A DNA stretch of 64,000 nucleotides. It comes from an uncultured Chitinophagaceae bacterium (GTDB taxonomy: Bacteria; Bacteroidota; Bacteroidia; Chitinophagales; LD1). The stretch lies in NCBI GenBank assembly GCA_964537475.1, contig CAZIBY010000008.1:4200-68199 (forward strand), in the 5' to 3' direction. Positions 45,833 to 55,672 of this stretch are shown here, one piece after another. The first letter of the stretch is position 1; each line of letters opens with the position of its first letter. Under the pieces are notes generated by a model that did no database searches, was not told where the DNA came from, and worked only from the letters and a program-made list of their open reading frames with translations. Position numbers and translations under genes: made by a program.

Positions 45833-47722
45833 ATGAGGCAGACTTTTTTACTCACTATTATCATATGTTTTTCATTATATATAAATGCGCAATGTACGTC
45901 CCGCCGTTACCTCGATACAGTCTTTCATGATGCGACTGTGACCAGCGCCATTTATTATGGTACAGCTGATAATCAGCTGGGTATCTCTCAGGACCTCTAT
46001 CTGGACTTTTACGAACCCACGGGTGATACCCTCTCCAGCCGTCCACTGATCGTCTATGCCTTTGGCGGCGCCTTTCTGATCGGCACGCGAAACCAGCCCC
46101 CTATACCCGACTACTGTACCTACTATGCCAAGTGTGGCTATGCTGTCGCCTCTATAGACTATCGCATCGGCTTCAATGTACTGAGTACCGGGAGCGCCAT
46201 CCGCGCGGTCTATCGCGCTGCTCAGGACCTCAGGGCCTCCGTCCGCTTCCTCTGCCAGCGCTACCCGCAGTACAGGATAGATACTACGGCTATCTTCCTC
46301 ACCGGCTCCAGCGCAGGTTGTTTCTCCGCTTTGCACTCGTGCTTTATGGAGCCCTCAGACGTGCCCTCAGATATACATGGCATCACGCTGGAGCCGAGCG
46401 ATCTCGGCTGCTATGACTGCTCTACCAATGCTGACAATAACCGTGTGATGCCCAAGATACGCGGCATCATCAATCACTGGGGCGCTATCCTGGATACCTC
46501 ATTTATCCGGCCTACCGCCAAGGATAATGTGCCCGTCATCTCCCTCCATGGTGATCAGGACAACCTTGTGCCATATACTGTAGGCAGCCCTTTCGGCTAT
46601 CCGATTTTTCCGGTGGTAGATGGTAGTGTACCCATCCATGCACGTATGGATCATCTGGGCATTAAGAATGAGCTTCATCCACTCTATGGCTATAGCCATG
46701 AGCCCTGGCTGCTGGCGCCGCAGCTACTGGATACCTGCTTCAAGTATGAGAAGCCTTTTCTCTACTCTATACTGAAGCCGGCACCGCTCACCATAGCCGG
46801 AGATAGCGCCCTGTGCAGCGGTGTCTCATCTACCTATACCGTGCAGCCGCGTGCTGGTAGCCACTACTGCTGGACCTACACGGGCGCGACGCTGCTCGGC
46901 CTCAATAATAACAGTGTGACACTGTCATGGCCTGCGCCCGGCACATATATGGTCATAGCCCGAGAGATGAGCCGCAATGAAGTCAATGGCGACCCTGATA
47001 CATTCTATGTACACGTAGTAGCGCCACCGATGGCTGCCTTTGGCGAAGTCGTGACACATACGGTAGTGCAGCTCTCAGACAGTGCGCAGGGCGCTACCGG
47101 CTGGCTGTACAGCTTTGGCGATGGTAGCACCTCCACGCTGGCTGCTCCGACACACACCTATCACGGTGCAGGCAGCTATACTATCCGCCAGATAGTGACC
47201 AATGGCCTTTGTGCCGATACAGCCTATAGATCCATACTGACCGATACCTGCCCCGTAGTACACCTCACCTATACCGTATCTCATGACACTATATACGTGT
47301 CAGCAGCGCCGCCAGGGCTGGTCAGCTATCAGTGGACCTTTGGTGATGGCGCAGTGGACAGCGGCGAGACGGCATACCATATATATACCCACTCTCAGAA
47401 CTACCTGGTAGCGCTCAGCACTGTCAATGATAAGGGCTGCACAGGCAGTGAGTCTGCCATAGTAGGCTATACACAGCCCTCTGGCATACAGGCTGTGGAA
47501 GCAGCCGATTTTGCCCTCTATCCCAATCCGGCCCACGGCTATGTGAGCCTCAGCTGCACAGAGTGCAATGTGGCCATCTTTGACTGTGTGGGTAGATTAT
47601 TGATTGATAAATATGGAGTTAACAATCAGAATATTGATATTAGCGGGCTGTCCGTAGGGGTATATCAGTGGCGCGTCTCCGCCGCAGGCCGCACCGGATC
47701 GGGCAGATTAATAGTAAGATAG
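45833..47722 (+). CDS. secreted alpha/beta hydrolase (esterase-like) with two PKD domains and a T9SS C-terminal sorting domain
   Basis: Signal peptide from the Met at 45833. GSSAG nucleophile elbow. FGDGSTS..HTY and FGDGAVD..HIY PKD motifs. C-terminus LYPNPAHGYVSL...GVYQWRV. Confidence 0.75.
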   Translation: MRQTFLLTIIICFSLYINAQCTSRRYLDTVFHDATVTSAIYYGTADNQLGISQDLYLDFYEPTGDTLSSRPLIVYAFGGAFLIGTRNQPPIPDYCTYYAKCGYAVASIDYRIGFNVLSTGSAIRAVYRAAQDLRASVRFLCQRYPQYRIDTTAIFLTGSSAGCFSALHSCFMEPSDVPSDIHGITLEPSDLGCYDCSTNADNNRVMPKIRGIINHWGAILDTSFIRPTAKDNVPVISLHGDQDNLVPYTVGSPFGYPIFPVVDGSVPIHARMDHLGIKNELHPLYGYSHEPWLLAPQLLDTCFKYEKPFLYSILKPAPLTIAGDSALCSGVSSTYTVQPRAGSHYCWTYTGATLLGLNNNSVTLSWPAPGTYMVIAREMSRNEVNGDPDTFYVHVVAPPMAAFGEVVTHTVVQLSDSAQGATGWLYSFGDGSTSTLAAPTHTYHGAGSYTIRQIVTNGLCADTAYRSILTDTCPVVHLTYTVSHDTIYVSAAPPGLVSYQWTFGDGAVDSGETAYHIYTHSQNYLVALSTVNDKGCTGSESAIVGYTQPSGIQAVEAADFALYPNPAHGYVSLSCTECNVAIFDCVGRLLIDKYGVNNQNIDISGLSVGVYQWRVSAAGRTGSGRLIVR

Positions 47723-47732
47723 GTAATATTAA

Positions 47733-48947
47733 ATGAAGAAAAAGTACTTAATGATCGGGCTTGCGCTTTTGCTTGCAGGCCATAGTTTTGGGCAGAAGAA
47801 GGTCCTTTTTGATAACACAAAAGCTGAGTCGTCTGGTAATGGTGACTGGGTGATAGATGCGGACCTGCATGACCTTTACTTTAGCAGCAATGGGGGGGTG
47901 ACCAATACCGGCTCGCAGTCAGATGCGCAGCGCTATCCTACACCGGCCCAGTCAAATATTACGAGCCTCACACCGGAGAACTACTGGACCGGTGCGATCT
48001 CTGCCTGGGGCATAGAGTGTGTCAAATCGGGCCTGGCTGTAGAGTCACTGCCGTATAATGTGGCTATCTCTTATGGCAATAGCAGCAACCCGCAGGACCT
48101 GTCTAACTATAAGGTCTTTGTGATAGACGAACCCAATATCCAGTTTACTGCTGCGCAAAAGACGGCTATCGTAAACTTTGTCTACAACGGGGGAGGGCTT
48201 TTCATCGTGTCCGATCATACCCAGAGCGATCGCAACTTTGATGGATGGGACAGTCCTGCTATCTGGAATGACCTCTTCACCACCAACAGTGTCCATGCCA
48301 ATCCTTTTGGGATCAGCTTTGACCTGGACAATTTCTCCGGCTCATATGGCATCACTAATATAGCGGGAGACTCCTGCCTGAATGGTCCCTATGGCACTGC
48401 GTCACAGGTACAGTGGAGCGGCGGTACCTCTATGACACTCAATACTTCTGCCAATCCCACAGTGAAGGCTGACGTGTACAAGACAGGCGGCTCAGGATCT
48501 ACTAATGTGCTTTTTGCGCATGGCTATTATGGCAAAGGGCGCTTTGCAGCGATAGGAGACAGCTCTCCTACAGATGATGGTACCGGTGATACAGGTGATC
48601 AGCTGTATAATGGCTGGACGGCAGATGCCAATGGCAATCATAAAAAGCTTCTCATGAATGCTACCATCTGGCTGGCAGGACAGGAGACAGTTTCGGGCAT
48701 CGATGATCCCTTTGCGGATGCAGCTATAAAGCTCTATCCTAACCCTGCAGATAACATGGTCAAAGTACAGGCCCCTGAGTTATGCACATTGCAAATATTC
48801 GATATGTCTGGACGTACTTGCATTGAAACGCAGATTGATGCTGGTGGGGGCAAGTCTGTAGATGTCAGCGGCTTATCTACTGGTGTGTATACCTATAAGG
48901 TAACCGGTGTAGATGGATTCCACGCTGGCCGCTTTGTCAAAAAATAA
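47733..48947 (+). CDS. secreted protein with a T9SS C-terminal sorting domain
   Basis: Signal peptide. C-terminus KLYPNPADNMVKV...GVYTYKV. The N-terminal domain was not recognised. Confidence 0.65.
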   Translation: MKKKYLMIGLALLLAGHSFGQKKVLFDNTKAESSGNGDWVIDADLHDLYFSSNGGVTNTGSQSDAQRYPTPAQSNITSLTPENYWTGAISAWGIECVKSGLAVESLPYNVAISYGNSSNPQDLSNYKVFVIDEPNIQFTAAQKTAIVNFVYNGGGLFIVSDHTQSDRNFDGWDSPAIWNDLFTTNSVHANPFGISFDLDNFSGSYGITNIAGDSCLNGPYGTASQVQWSGGTSMTLNTSANPTVKADVYKTGGSGSTNVLFAHGYYGKGRFAAIGDSSPTDDGTGDTGDQLYNGWTADANGNHKKLLMNATIWLAGQETVSGIDDPFADAAIKLYPNPADNMVKVQAPELCTLQIFDMSGRTCIETQIDAGGGKSVDVSGLSTGVYTYKVTGVDGFHAGRFVKK

Positions 48948-49012
48948 CCTGTTTTAACCTAGACTTTACATTGATTTTTAGAAATAAATTAACTTTGCAA
49001 AAAAATAACTAG

Positions 49013-49999
49013 ATGAAAAAAATTACTACCCTCTTTACCCTGATGCTGGCTGTTGTGCTCGCTACTAATGCGCAGAGTGTCATATCGATAGACTCTGCCC
49101 GTACCAATGATCCTAATACCGGTGTGCCTGTAGACAGCGGTCTGACTGTTCAGCTCACAGGTGTAGTATACGGTCCTGATGCCTATCCTACTCAAAACGG
49201 TCACCAGTTTATGCTCCGTGGCGCTACCAAGTCTATCAAGATCTACTCTAAGGGTCGCTTCCAATACACACTGACTGAGGGTGACTCCGTGACAGTAGTA
49301 GGTGTGATAGGCCACTATCATGGTGATGCCGAGCTCAATCTGAACTATAACCATGCAGGTGATACCATCATCAGCCTCGGTGCAGGTACTCAGGTAGGCC
49401 CGGCAGTGATCACTGCCGCTGATCTCAACTCAAATGGTGAACTGTATGAGTCTAGCCTGATAGAGATAGATGGTGTAGATATGGCCCAGGTACAAGGCTG
49501 GCCTGCTACTCACCCTAATCACTCTTTTAGCAGTGCACACGTAGGCAATCTCTACTTCTTCGTAGATTCTTTCATGTCTCCTGATCTGTGGCAGGGTGCT
49601 GCTCCTGCAGCCGGTATCTACAATGTAGTAGGCTTCGGCAGCCAGTATGGCTCTAACGCTACGCTGAGCAACGGATACTCTATCCAGCCACGCAAGCGTG
49701 CTGACTTCATCCTGCAGAATGTAGGTATCCATGATATCGCAAACCCACTGATGGCATCTGTATATCCTAATCCGGCTACTACCAAGGTGACTGCCGCTTT
49801 CATGAGCGATGCTGATGGGGAGTACACAGTACGCATGACAGACCTGACCGGCCGCGTAGCCCTGACACAGGAAGGCCATGTAGTGAACGGTGACAACGCT
49901 CTCTACCTCAATACTGCCGGTCTCAGCAACGGTATGTATATCCTCGAGCTCTCTGCCGCCGGCAAGAACCTCATTACAAAGATCAACATCGCTAAGTAG
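49013..49999 (+). CDS. secreted protein with a T9SS C-terminal sorting domain
   Basis: Signal peptide. C-terminus VYPNPATTKVT...GMYILEL. The N-terminal region may be OB-fold-like. Confidence 0.65.
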   Translation: MKKITTLFTLMLAVVLATNAQSVISIDSARTNDPNTGVPVDSGLTVQLTGVVYGPDAYPTQNGHQFMLRGATKSIKIYSKGRFQYTLTEGDSVTVVGVIGHYHGDAELNLNYNHAGDTIISLGAGTQVGPAVITAADLNSNGELYESSLIEIDGVDMAQVQGWPATHPNHSFSSAHVGNLYFFVDSFMSPDLWQGAAPAAGIYNVVGFGSQYGSNATLSNGYSIQPRKRADFILQNVGIHDIANPLMASVYPNPATTKVTAAFMSDADGEYTVRMTDLTGRVALTQEGHVVNGDNALYLNTAGLSNGMYILELSAAGKNLITKINIAK

Positions 50000-50020
50000 T
50001 CTTAGCACACCTTATACTAA

Positions 50021-50049
50021 AAGGCCACTCCACCCGGAGTGGCCTTTTG
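50021..50049 (+). terminator. intrinsic terminator after CDS 49013..49999
   Basis: Perfect 11-bp stem aaggccactcc / ggagtggcctt with loop accc, running into TTTT. Confidence 0.7.
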
Positions 50050-50080
50050 ATTTGATAGACAGTGATATGCAATGCTCCCT

Positions 50081-50287
50081 CCGGTTCAAAATCAATTCGG
50101 TGATCAAGCCGATAGCCACCAGTCTACGATCATTTGATTTTACTGCGCCGGTTCAAATTCAATTAATCTAACATGCACCAGTACATTGCGGGCCGCGGCT
50201 TCCGGTTCAAAATCAATTCTTGTGGCCCAGCCGACAGCCACCTGTCAACCAACTCCCCCATTTCCCGGCGTCGGTTCAAAATCAATT
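50081..50287 (+). repeat. array of four 17-nt direct repeats (C/T)CGGTTCAAA(A/T)TCAATT
   Basis: Copies at 50081, 50148, 50202 and 50271. Spacers are 50, 37 and 52 nt, and spacers 1 and 3 are homologous (agccga.agccacc.gtc.ac). Confidence 0.85.
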
Positions 50288-50304
50288 TTCTCTACATTTG
50301 ACCT

Positions 50305-51447
50305 ATGCTAAGCTACTGGGAGAGAGAGTCATTTCTGTCATACGATCATATCGTCATAGGCGGAGGTATCGTAGGGATGTCTACGGCACTGAGCCTGCGG
50401 CAGCGGTATCCGGCTGCCTCTATCCTGATACTGGAGCGCGGCCTGCTGCCCACGGGTGCCAGCACCCGCAATGCAGGGTTCGCCTGCATAGGCAGCCTGA
50501 CCGAGATACTCGATGATCTCGGTACAATGACACCCGCACAGGTAGTAGACCTGGTGGCTATGCGGCGCAGCGGCCTGCGCCGCCTGCGGGACCGGCTGGG
50601 AGATGAGGCCATAGGTTATGCTGAGAACGGCAGCTATGAGCTGATCACAGACGGAGAGGTCACTGCGCTGGACCATCTCTATCACGTCAATGACCTGCTA
50701 AGACCACTTCTGGGCAGTGACGCCTTTAGCCGGTGCGATGATCGGATCGGCCAGTTCGGTTTTGGCCCTTCCGTCAGGCATCTCATCAGCAATGATCATG
50801 AGGGCCAACTGGACACCGGTAGGGCCATGCGTGCGCTGATAGCCAAGTGCCTGCACGGCGGGATAGAGATCAAAACCGGGGCAAACGTCACCGCTATCGA
50901 GGAGGGGCCGCACTATGCCGGGGTGCAGGTAGCGCATAGCCATATCGGTGAGCACATCACCTTTCGCGCGCGCAAAGTAGCCATCTGTACCAATGCCTTC
51001 ACCGATAAACTCCTCCCGGGCCTGGACGTACAGCCCGGCAGAGGTCAAGTGCTCGTCACCAAACCTATACCGGGGCTCAGGATCAAAGGTGTCTTCCATT
51101 TTGACCAGGGCTACTATTACTTTCGCGAGGTAGACGGTCGCATTCTTTTTGGGGGAGGGCGGCATCTGGACTTTGATGGCGAGCGTACAGATGCTTTCGC
51201 TCACACGGATCTGATCCTCTCAGACCTCCGCTCCAAACTGGCGGGCATCATCCTGCCGCATACCGATTTTGAGATAGACTATACATGGTCCGGTATCATG
51301 GCCTTTGGCAGTGACAAGGTCCCCCTGATACAGCAGCACAGTCCGCACGTATACCTCGGTGTCCGCATGGGTGGCATGGGCGTAGCTATAGGCAGCGAGG
51401 TAGGCGAGCGCCTGGCCTCGCTCATGACCGATACCTGTGCCTGGTAG
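50305..51447 (+). CDS. FAD-dependent oxidoreductase (DAO family)
   Basis: DHIVIGGGIVGMSTA dinucleotide-binding motif. 380 aa, typical DAO length. Confidence 0.85.
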   Translation: MLSYWERESFLSYDHIVIGGGIVGMSTALSLRQRYPAASILILERGLLPTGASTRNAGFACIGSLTEILDDLGTMTPAQVVDLVAMRRSGLRRLRDRLGDEAIGYAENGSYELITDGEVTALDHLYHVNDLLRPLLGSDAFSRCDDRIGQFGFGPSVRHLISNDHEGQLDTGRAMRALIAKCLHGGIEIKTGANVTAIEEGPHYAGVQVAHSHIGEHITFRARKVAICTNAFTDKLLPGLDVQPGRGQVLVTKPIPGLRIKGVFHFDQGYYYFREVDGRILFGGGRHLDFDGERTDAFAHTDLILSDLRSKLAGIILPHTDFEIDYTWSGIMAFGSDKVPLIQQHSPHVYLGVRMGGMGVAIGSEVGERLASLMTDTCAW

Positions 51448-51588
51448 CTATACTTTTTTATAGCCCTCGCTGGCAATATTTCCCCGATTTGAGCGTCTGT
51501 ATCCGATAATCGGTGTTTGGAGTTTATTCTTCGGCGCTTCGGTGGGGTTGGCTTGATTTTAGATTGGTATTATGCATAATTTTGTGAT

Positions 51589-52221
51589 GTGAAAACCAAA
51601 ATTTTATACCTCCTCCTTCTGGTTCTCTCGCTCAGCTCCTTCTCCTGGTGGCAGGTAGACGGCTGGCTGCTCGAGCGTGAAAAGAAAGGCGTCAAGGTTT
51701 TCACACGCAAAGGTAAATGGGGCAAGCTCCGAGACTCCAAGGCCGTAATGGTACTGCCTGCTACCAATGTAGACGCAGTAGTACGGTTTATCACAGATTT
51801 TGACAACTACCCCTCCTGGATGCCCCGCTGCCGTGCTGCCAAAGTGCTGGCAAGGCTGAGCGATAATGAATTTATAGGCTATACGGTAGTCAAGTGCCCC
51901 TGGCCGCTGGCAGACCGTGACTGCGTGGTGCGGGTCAAAGTAGATAGAGATCCGGCTACGGGTGTCGTAGTGATCTCTGAGACCTCTGAGCCAAAGTATA
52001 TCAACCGGAAGTCTGATGTAGTGCGTATAGAGCAGATGTATGCCACATGGCGTATCGTGCCTAATGGCTCCGGCGCTACAGTGACCAATGAATACTCCAG
52101 TAATCCGGGTGGAGGCATACCTGACTGGATGACCAATACCCAGTCTGTAGAGCAGCCCTTTGAGATGTTTACCACCATCCAGAATGCTATACCGCATAGC
52201 CGGTCAGGCAGCGGCAGATAA
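51589..52221 (+). CDS. START/SRPBCC domain lipid-binding protein
   Basis: Signal-like N-terminus. DFDNYPSWMP and CPWPLADRDCV resemble bacterial START domain proteins. GTG start. Confidence 0.65.
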   Translation: MKTKILYLLLLVLSLSSFSWWQVDGWLLEREKKGVKVFTRKGKWGKLRDSKAVMVLPATNVDAVVRFITDFDNYPSWMPRCRAAKVLARLSDNEFIGYTVVKCPWPLADRDCVVRVKVDRDPATGVVVISETSEPKYINRKSDVVRIEQMYATWRIVPNGSGATVTNEYSSNPGGGIPDWMTNTQSVEQPFEMFTTIQNAIPHSRSGSGR

Positions 52222-52236
52222 TCCTAAATCCACCTT

Positions 52237-52713
52237 ATGGCACCAAACATTTACGAATACTCGGCGCATGACACAGCCGGCAGGCCGGTCAGCCTCTCGA
52301 CTTATAAAGGCAAGGTACTCCTCATAGTCAATACCGCATCTGAGTGTGGCTATACGCCGCAGCTCGGCCTGCTGGAGGAGCTGCACCAGATGTATCAGGA
52401 GCGCGGTCTGGTAGTGATCGGTTTCCCATCTGCCAGCTTCGCTCAGGAGCCGCTGGAGGGAGAGGAGCTGGCGCAGTTTTGCCAGCGAAACTATGGGGTT
52501 ACATTTCCCGTGATGAGCAAGGTAGACGTGGCCGGCGCTGGCATACATCCTGTTTTCCACTTCCTGTCTGATGGCAAAGAGGAGGCCCGGCCGAGGTGGA
52601 ACTTCTTCAAATACCTGCTGGATCGCAGTGGTAAGGTGGTGAATATCTATCCGTCTAACACTGAGCCGGCAGATGAAGCACTGATAGCACAGATCGAAAC
52701 TTTACTAGGCTGA
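52237..52713 (+). CDS. glutathione peroxidase family protein
   Basis: VNTASECGYTPQ carries the active-site Cys context. FP...F..QEP and WNFFKYL motifs are present. Confidence 0.85.
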   Translation: MAPNIYEYSAHDTAGRPVSLSTYKGKVLLIVNTASECGYTPQLGLLEELHQMYQERGLVVIGFPSASFAQEPLEGEELAQFCQRNYGVTFPVMSKVDVAGAGIHPVFHFLSDGKEEARPRWNFFKYLLDRSGKVVNIYPSNTEPADEALIAQIETLLG

Positions 52714-52809
52714 TCGGTGTTAATATGTCAATATCGAAACAAAACCTCTTCCGCATTATCAAAGTATATTCGTAGTCTCTTTTAAAAACCATATAAATCG
52801 TCAAACAAA

Positions 52810-53127
52810 ATGGCAACTACTTTCACAGACGCGACATTTGACACAGATGTCATCAAATCAGATAAACTCACCGTCATAGACTTTTGGGCAGAATGGTGCG
52901 GCCCGTGCAAGGCCCTCGGCCCTGTCATAGAGCAGCTCTCTACAGAGTACGCAGGCAAGGTAAACGTAGGCAAACTGGACGTGGACTCTAACCCCGAGGT
53001 ATCTATGAAGTACGGTATCCGCAGCATCCCTACTATCCTCTTTGTAAAGGGTGGCCAGGTAGTGGACAAGGTGGTAGGCGCAGTGCCTAAGGCGCAACTC
53101 GCTGCTACTATCGAGAAGCACAAATAA
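52810..53127 (+). CDS. trxA: thioredoxin
   Basis: WAEWCGPCK active site, 105 aa. Confidence 0.93.
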   Translation: MATTFTDATFDTDVIKSDKLTVIDFWAEWCGPCKALGPVIEQLSTEYAGKVNVGKLDVDSNPEVSMKYGIRSIPTILFVKGGQVVDKVVGAVPKAQLAATIEKHK

Positions 53128-53162
53128 TCTATGCCACGGCATAGTAGTTTTATATAACTTAG

Positions 53163-53194
53163 ACGTCCCGGTATATGCCGGGACGTTTCTATTT
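53163..53194 (+). terminator. intrinsic terminator after trxA
   Basis: Perfect 9-bp stem acgtcccgg / ccgggacgt, loop tatatg, followed by TTTCTATTT. Confidence 0.65.
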
Positions 53195-53201
53195 GCCTCA
53201 T

Positions 53202-54116
53202 ATGGATAAGCCACTCTCACAGGTACAGGACTTTGATAACCTCGAGCTACTAGCCAATCAGGTGGTAGAGGGCTTCATCATCGGCCTGCACAAGTCTCCC
53301 TTTCACGGCTTCTCTGTCGAGTTTGCCGAGCACCGTCTCTACAATCCGGGCGAGCCGACTAAGAACCTCGACTGGAAAGTCTATGCGCGCACGGATAAGA
53401 TGTTTATCAAGCGCTATGAAGAGGAGACAAACCTGCGCTGCCAGATCGTGATAGATGCCTCGTCGTCCATGTACTTTCCGCAGGATGCGGCTATGAATAA
53501 GATAAAGTTCAGCGTCTATAGTGCAGCCGCAGTCATCAATCTGCTGAAGCGTCAGCGCGATGCTGCCGGTCTCAGTATCTTTAGTGATAGTGTGAAGGTC
53601 AATACTTCTGCCCGCAGTACCACCAAGCACCAGCAGATGCTTTTTGCCCATCTCGATGCACTGCTGAAGGATAAGCCAGCCAATGTACGCACCAATGCTG
53701 TACAGGCGCTCCACGAGATAGCTGACACCGTACACCGCCGCAGCCTGATACTCGTATTCAGTGATATGTTTGATGATCTCGGTGGCAACCGGTCTGAAGA
53801 ACTCTTTGCCGCACTTCAGCACCTGAAGTTCAATAAGCATGAGGTCGTACTATTTCACGTAGTAGATAAATCCAAAGAGATAGACTTTGAGTTTGAAAAC
53901 CGCCCGTATGTCTTCGTAGATATGGAGACAGGGGAGAAGGTCAAACTACAGGCTGCGCAGGTCAAAGAATACTACGTGGATCAGATGGCAAAGTTTGAAA
54001 AAGAACTCAAGCTCCGCTGCGGCCAGTACAAGATTGAGTTCGTAGAGGCGGATATCAATCAAGGCTACAAGCAGGTGCTAATGCCATTTCTTATGAAGCG
54101 GTCCAAGATGTTTTGA
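53202..54116 (+). CDS. DUF58 domain protein (vWA-like, MoxR-associated family)
   Basis: HKSPFHGFSVEFAEHRLYNPGE...DWKVYARTDK..IKRYEEE is the DUF58 signature. The Met at 53202 is preferred because 53175 lies inside the trxA terminator hairpin. Confidence 0.8.
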   Translation: MDKPLSQVQDFDNLELLANQVVEGFIIGLHKSPFHGFSVEFAEHRLYNPGEPTKNLDWKVYARTDKMFIKRYEEETNLRCQIVIDASSSMYFPQDAAMNKIKFSVYSAAAVINLLKRQRDAAGLSIFSDSVKVNTSARSTTKHQQMLFAHLDALLKDKPANVRTNAVQALHEIADTVHRRSLILVFSDMFDDLGGNRSEELFAALQHLKFNKHEVVLFHVVDKSKEIDFEFENRPYVFVDMETGEKVKLQAAQVKEYYVDQMAKFEKELKLRCGQYKIEFVEADINQGYKQVLMPFLMKRSKMF

Positions 54117-54865
54117 CAAGAGGTATGGCGGCTCGCATTGCTTTGTTATTTCTTGTCTGCCTATTTAGCAGTAGTAGTATAGAAGCTCAATATTTTGATT
54201 TCTATGAGGTCGTAGACTCCATAAAGCCGGAGTTGCGCAATGTATACCCGCATTTCACTAGTAAGAAGGTGCCGGCAGTAGCAGATTCTATCAATCATGC
54301 AATCATAAACCAGGTGCCTGGAATTTTACCGGATAGCGACTTCAGCGGAACCTATTCAGACATGGGTTTTGATGTTTCCAGAAACGATGACGGCGTGCTG
54401 GCCATCCTCGTGAGTTATGACGCCTGCGCGGCATATTGTGAGAGGTACAATGAGTACTATACTTTTGATAGTAAAACAGGAAAGCCTATCGAGCCTGAAG
54501 ATATTTTTATGCCAGGAGCTGAGACACTGATTATGGATTCCTTAAACCGTATGAAGAATGCTAGAATTAATACCTTCCTTAGAGACTCTTTTCAACTATA
54601 CATAGCTGGCGACTCTAACCTGATCGGTGATAGCGCTACGATATACCGGCTGTATTCAGACTGTAGAGCTGACGCAGCTGATATCGGTGGTATTGATCCA
54701 AAGCGGCTTGAAATAGGTGAGAACACATTTGCTATTACCATAGAGCGCTGCTTCCCGCACGTGTTAAGGGCGGTTGATATCTTGTGGGAATACCGCTTTG
54801 AATTTGTAGCCAAAGACTGGCGAAAATATATGACGCCATACGGCAGAAAAATATTCAAACTATGA
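54113..54865 (+). CDS. secreted hypothetical protein
   Basis: Signal peptide (ARIALLFLVCLFSSSSIEAQ). Its start and stop overlap the neighbouring genes. No firm domain call. Confidence 0.45.
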   Translation: MTRGMAARIALLFLVCLFSSSSIEAQYFDFYEVVDSIKPELRNVYPHFTSKKVPAVADSINHAIINQVPGILPDSDFSGTYSDMGFDVSRNDDGVLAILVSYDACAAYCERYNEYYTFDSKTGKPIEPEDIFMPGAETLIMDSLNRMKNARINTFLRDSFQLYIAGDSNLIGDSATIYRLYSDCRADAADIGGIDPKRLEIGENTFAITIERCFPHVLRAVDILWEYRFEFVAKDWRKYMTPYGRKIFKL

Positions 54866-55632
54866 CCCTTAATTATAAATCTTTCGGCACAGGCTTCCCA
54901 CTCATCATACTCCATGGCCTCATGGGCTCTCTGGATAACTGGCAGTCTATCGCCAAACACTTCAGTGAGCGCTATCAGGTCTATGCCATAGACCAGCGCA
55001 ATCATGGTCGCTCGCCGCATAGTGCAGAGATGAGCTACGACCGGATGGTGGCAGACCTGCTGGAGTTTATGCAGCAGCATGGCATTGAGAGGGCGCACCT
55101 GCTGGGCCACTCTATGGGGGGCAAAGTGGTGATGGAGTTTGCACTGCGCTACCCCGCTATGGTAGACAAGCTGATCGTAGTAGATGTAGCTCCGGTAGAA
55201 TATGAGGACCGCCACAGCCAGGTATTCAAGGCACTCTTTGCGGTGGATCTCGCTGCCCTGGAGAGCCGCCAGCAGGCAGAGGCGATCCTGCGCCAGTATC
55301 TCGGCAATGATGAGTCTACCGTACAGTTTCTGATGAAAGGATTGTATCGCGACGATAGAAATAAATTTCAGTGGCGCTTCAATGTACAGGCGCTCTATGA
55401 TGCCTACTACGCTATCTCTGATGGAGTACGGTCTGATAAGCCATTTGAGGGACAAACGCTTTTCGTCAAAGGCCAGAAGTCAAACTACATAGACGCATCC
55501 AACTACTCTGAGATCATGGACCTTTTCCCGCACAATGAACTGGCAGAAATACCCGGCGCAGGGCACTGGGTACATGCGGATAATCCGCAGGCTTTTATTG
55601 CGGCAGTAGATCAGTTTCTATCGGAGGCTTAA
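54862..55632 (+). CDS. alpha/beta fold hydrolase (YbfF-like esterase)
   Basis: ILHGLMGS, GHSMGG nucleophile elbow, and C-terminal GHWVHAD. Confidence 0.85.
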   Translation: MTLNYKSFGTGFPLIILHGLMGSLDNWQSIAKHFSERYQVYAIDQRNHGRSPHSAEMSYDRMVADLLEFMQQHGIERAHLLGHSMGGKVVMEFALRYPAMVDKLIVVDVAPVEYEDRHSQVFKALFAVDLAALESRQQAEAILRQYLGNDESTVQFLMKGLYRDDRNKFQWRFNVQALYDAYYAISDGVRSDKPFEGQTLFVKGQKSNYIDASNYSEIMDLFPHNELAEIPGAGHWVHADNPQAFIAAVDQFLSEA

Positions 55633-55672
55633 TGTATTAAGCCTCCCCGTTGGGGAGGTTTGGAGGGGCTAA

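Noticed and set aside
50083-50097. The GGTTCAAA core resembles a tRNA T-loop (GGTTCAAAT), suggesting tRNA fragments or att sites.
   Set aside because: No complementary T-stem, acceptor stem or anticodon arm can be drawn around any copy. No integrase or tRNA gene lies in the window.
50081-50287. Possible mini-CRISPR array (direct repeats with spacers).
   Set aside because: The repeats are only 17 nt and there are only four. Spacer lengths are irregular (37-52 nt), and two spacers are homologous to each other. No cas genes or leader are present. It is better described as a tandem duplication of an iteron-like site.
53175-53201. The track start codon for the DUF58 gene at 53175.
   Set aside because: It lies inside the loop of the perfect trxA terminator hairpin (stem 53163-53171/53178-53186). 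The Met at 53202 gives a normal DUF58 N-terminus.
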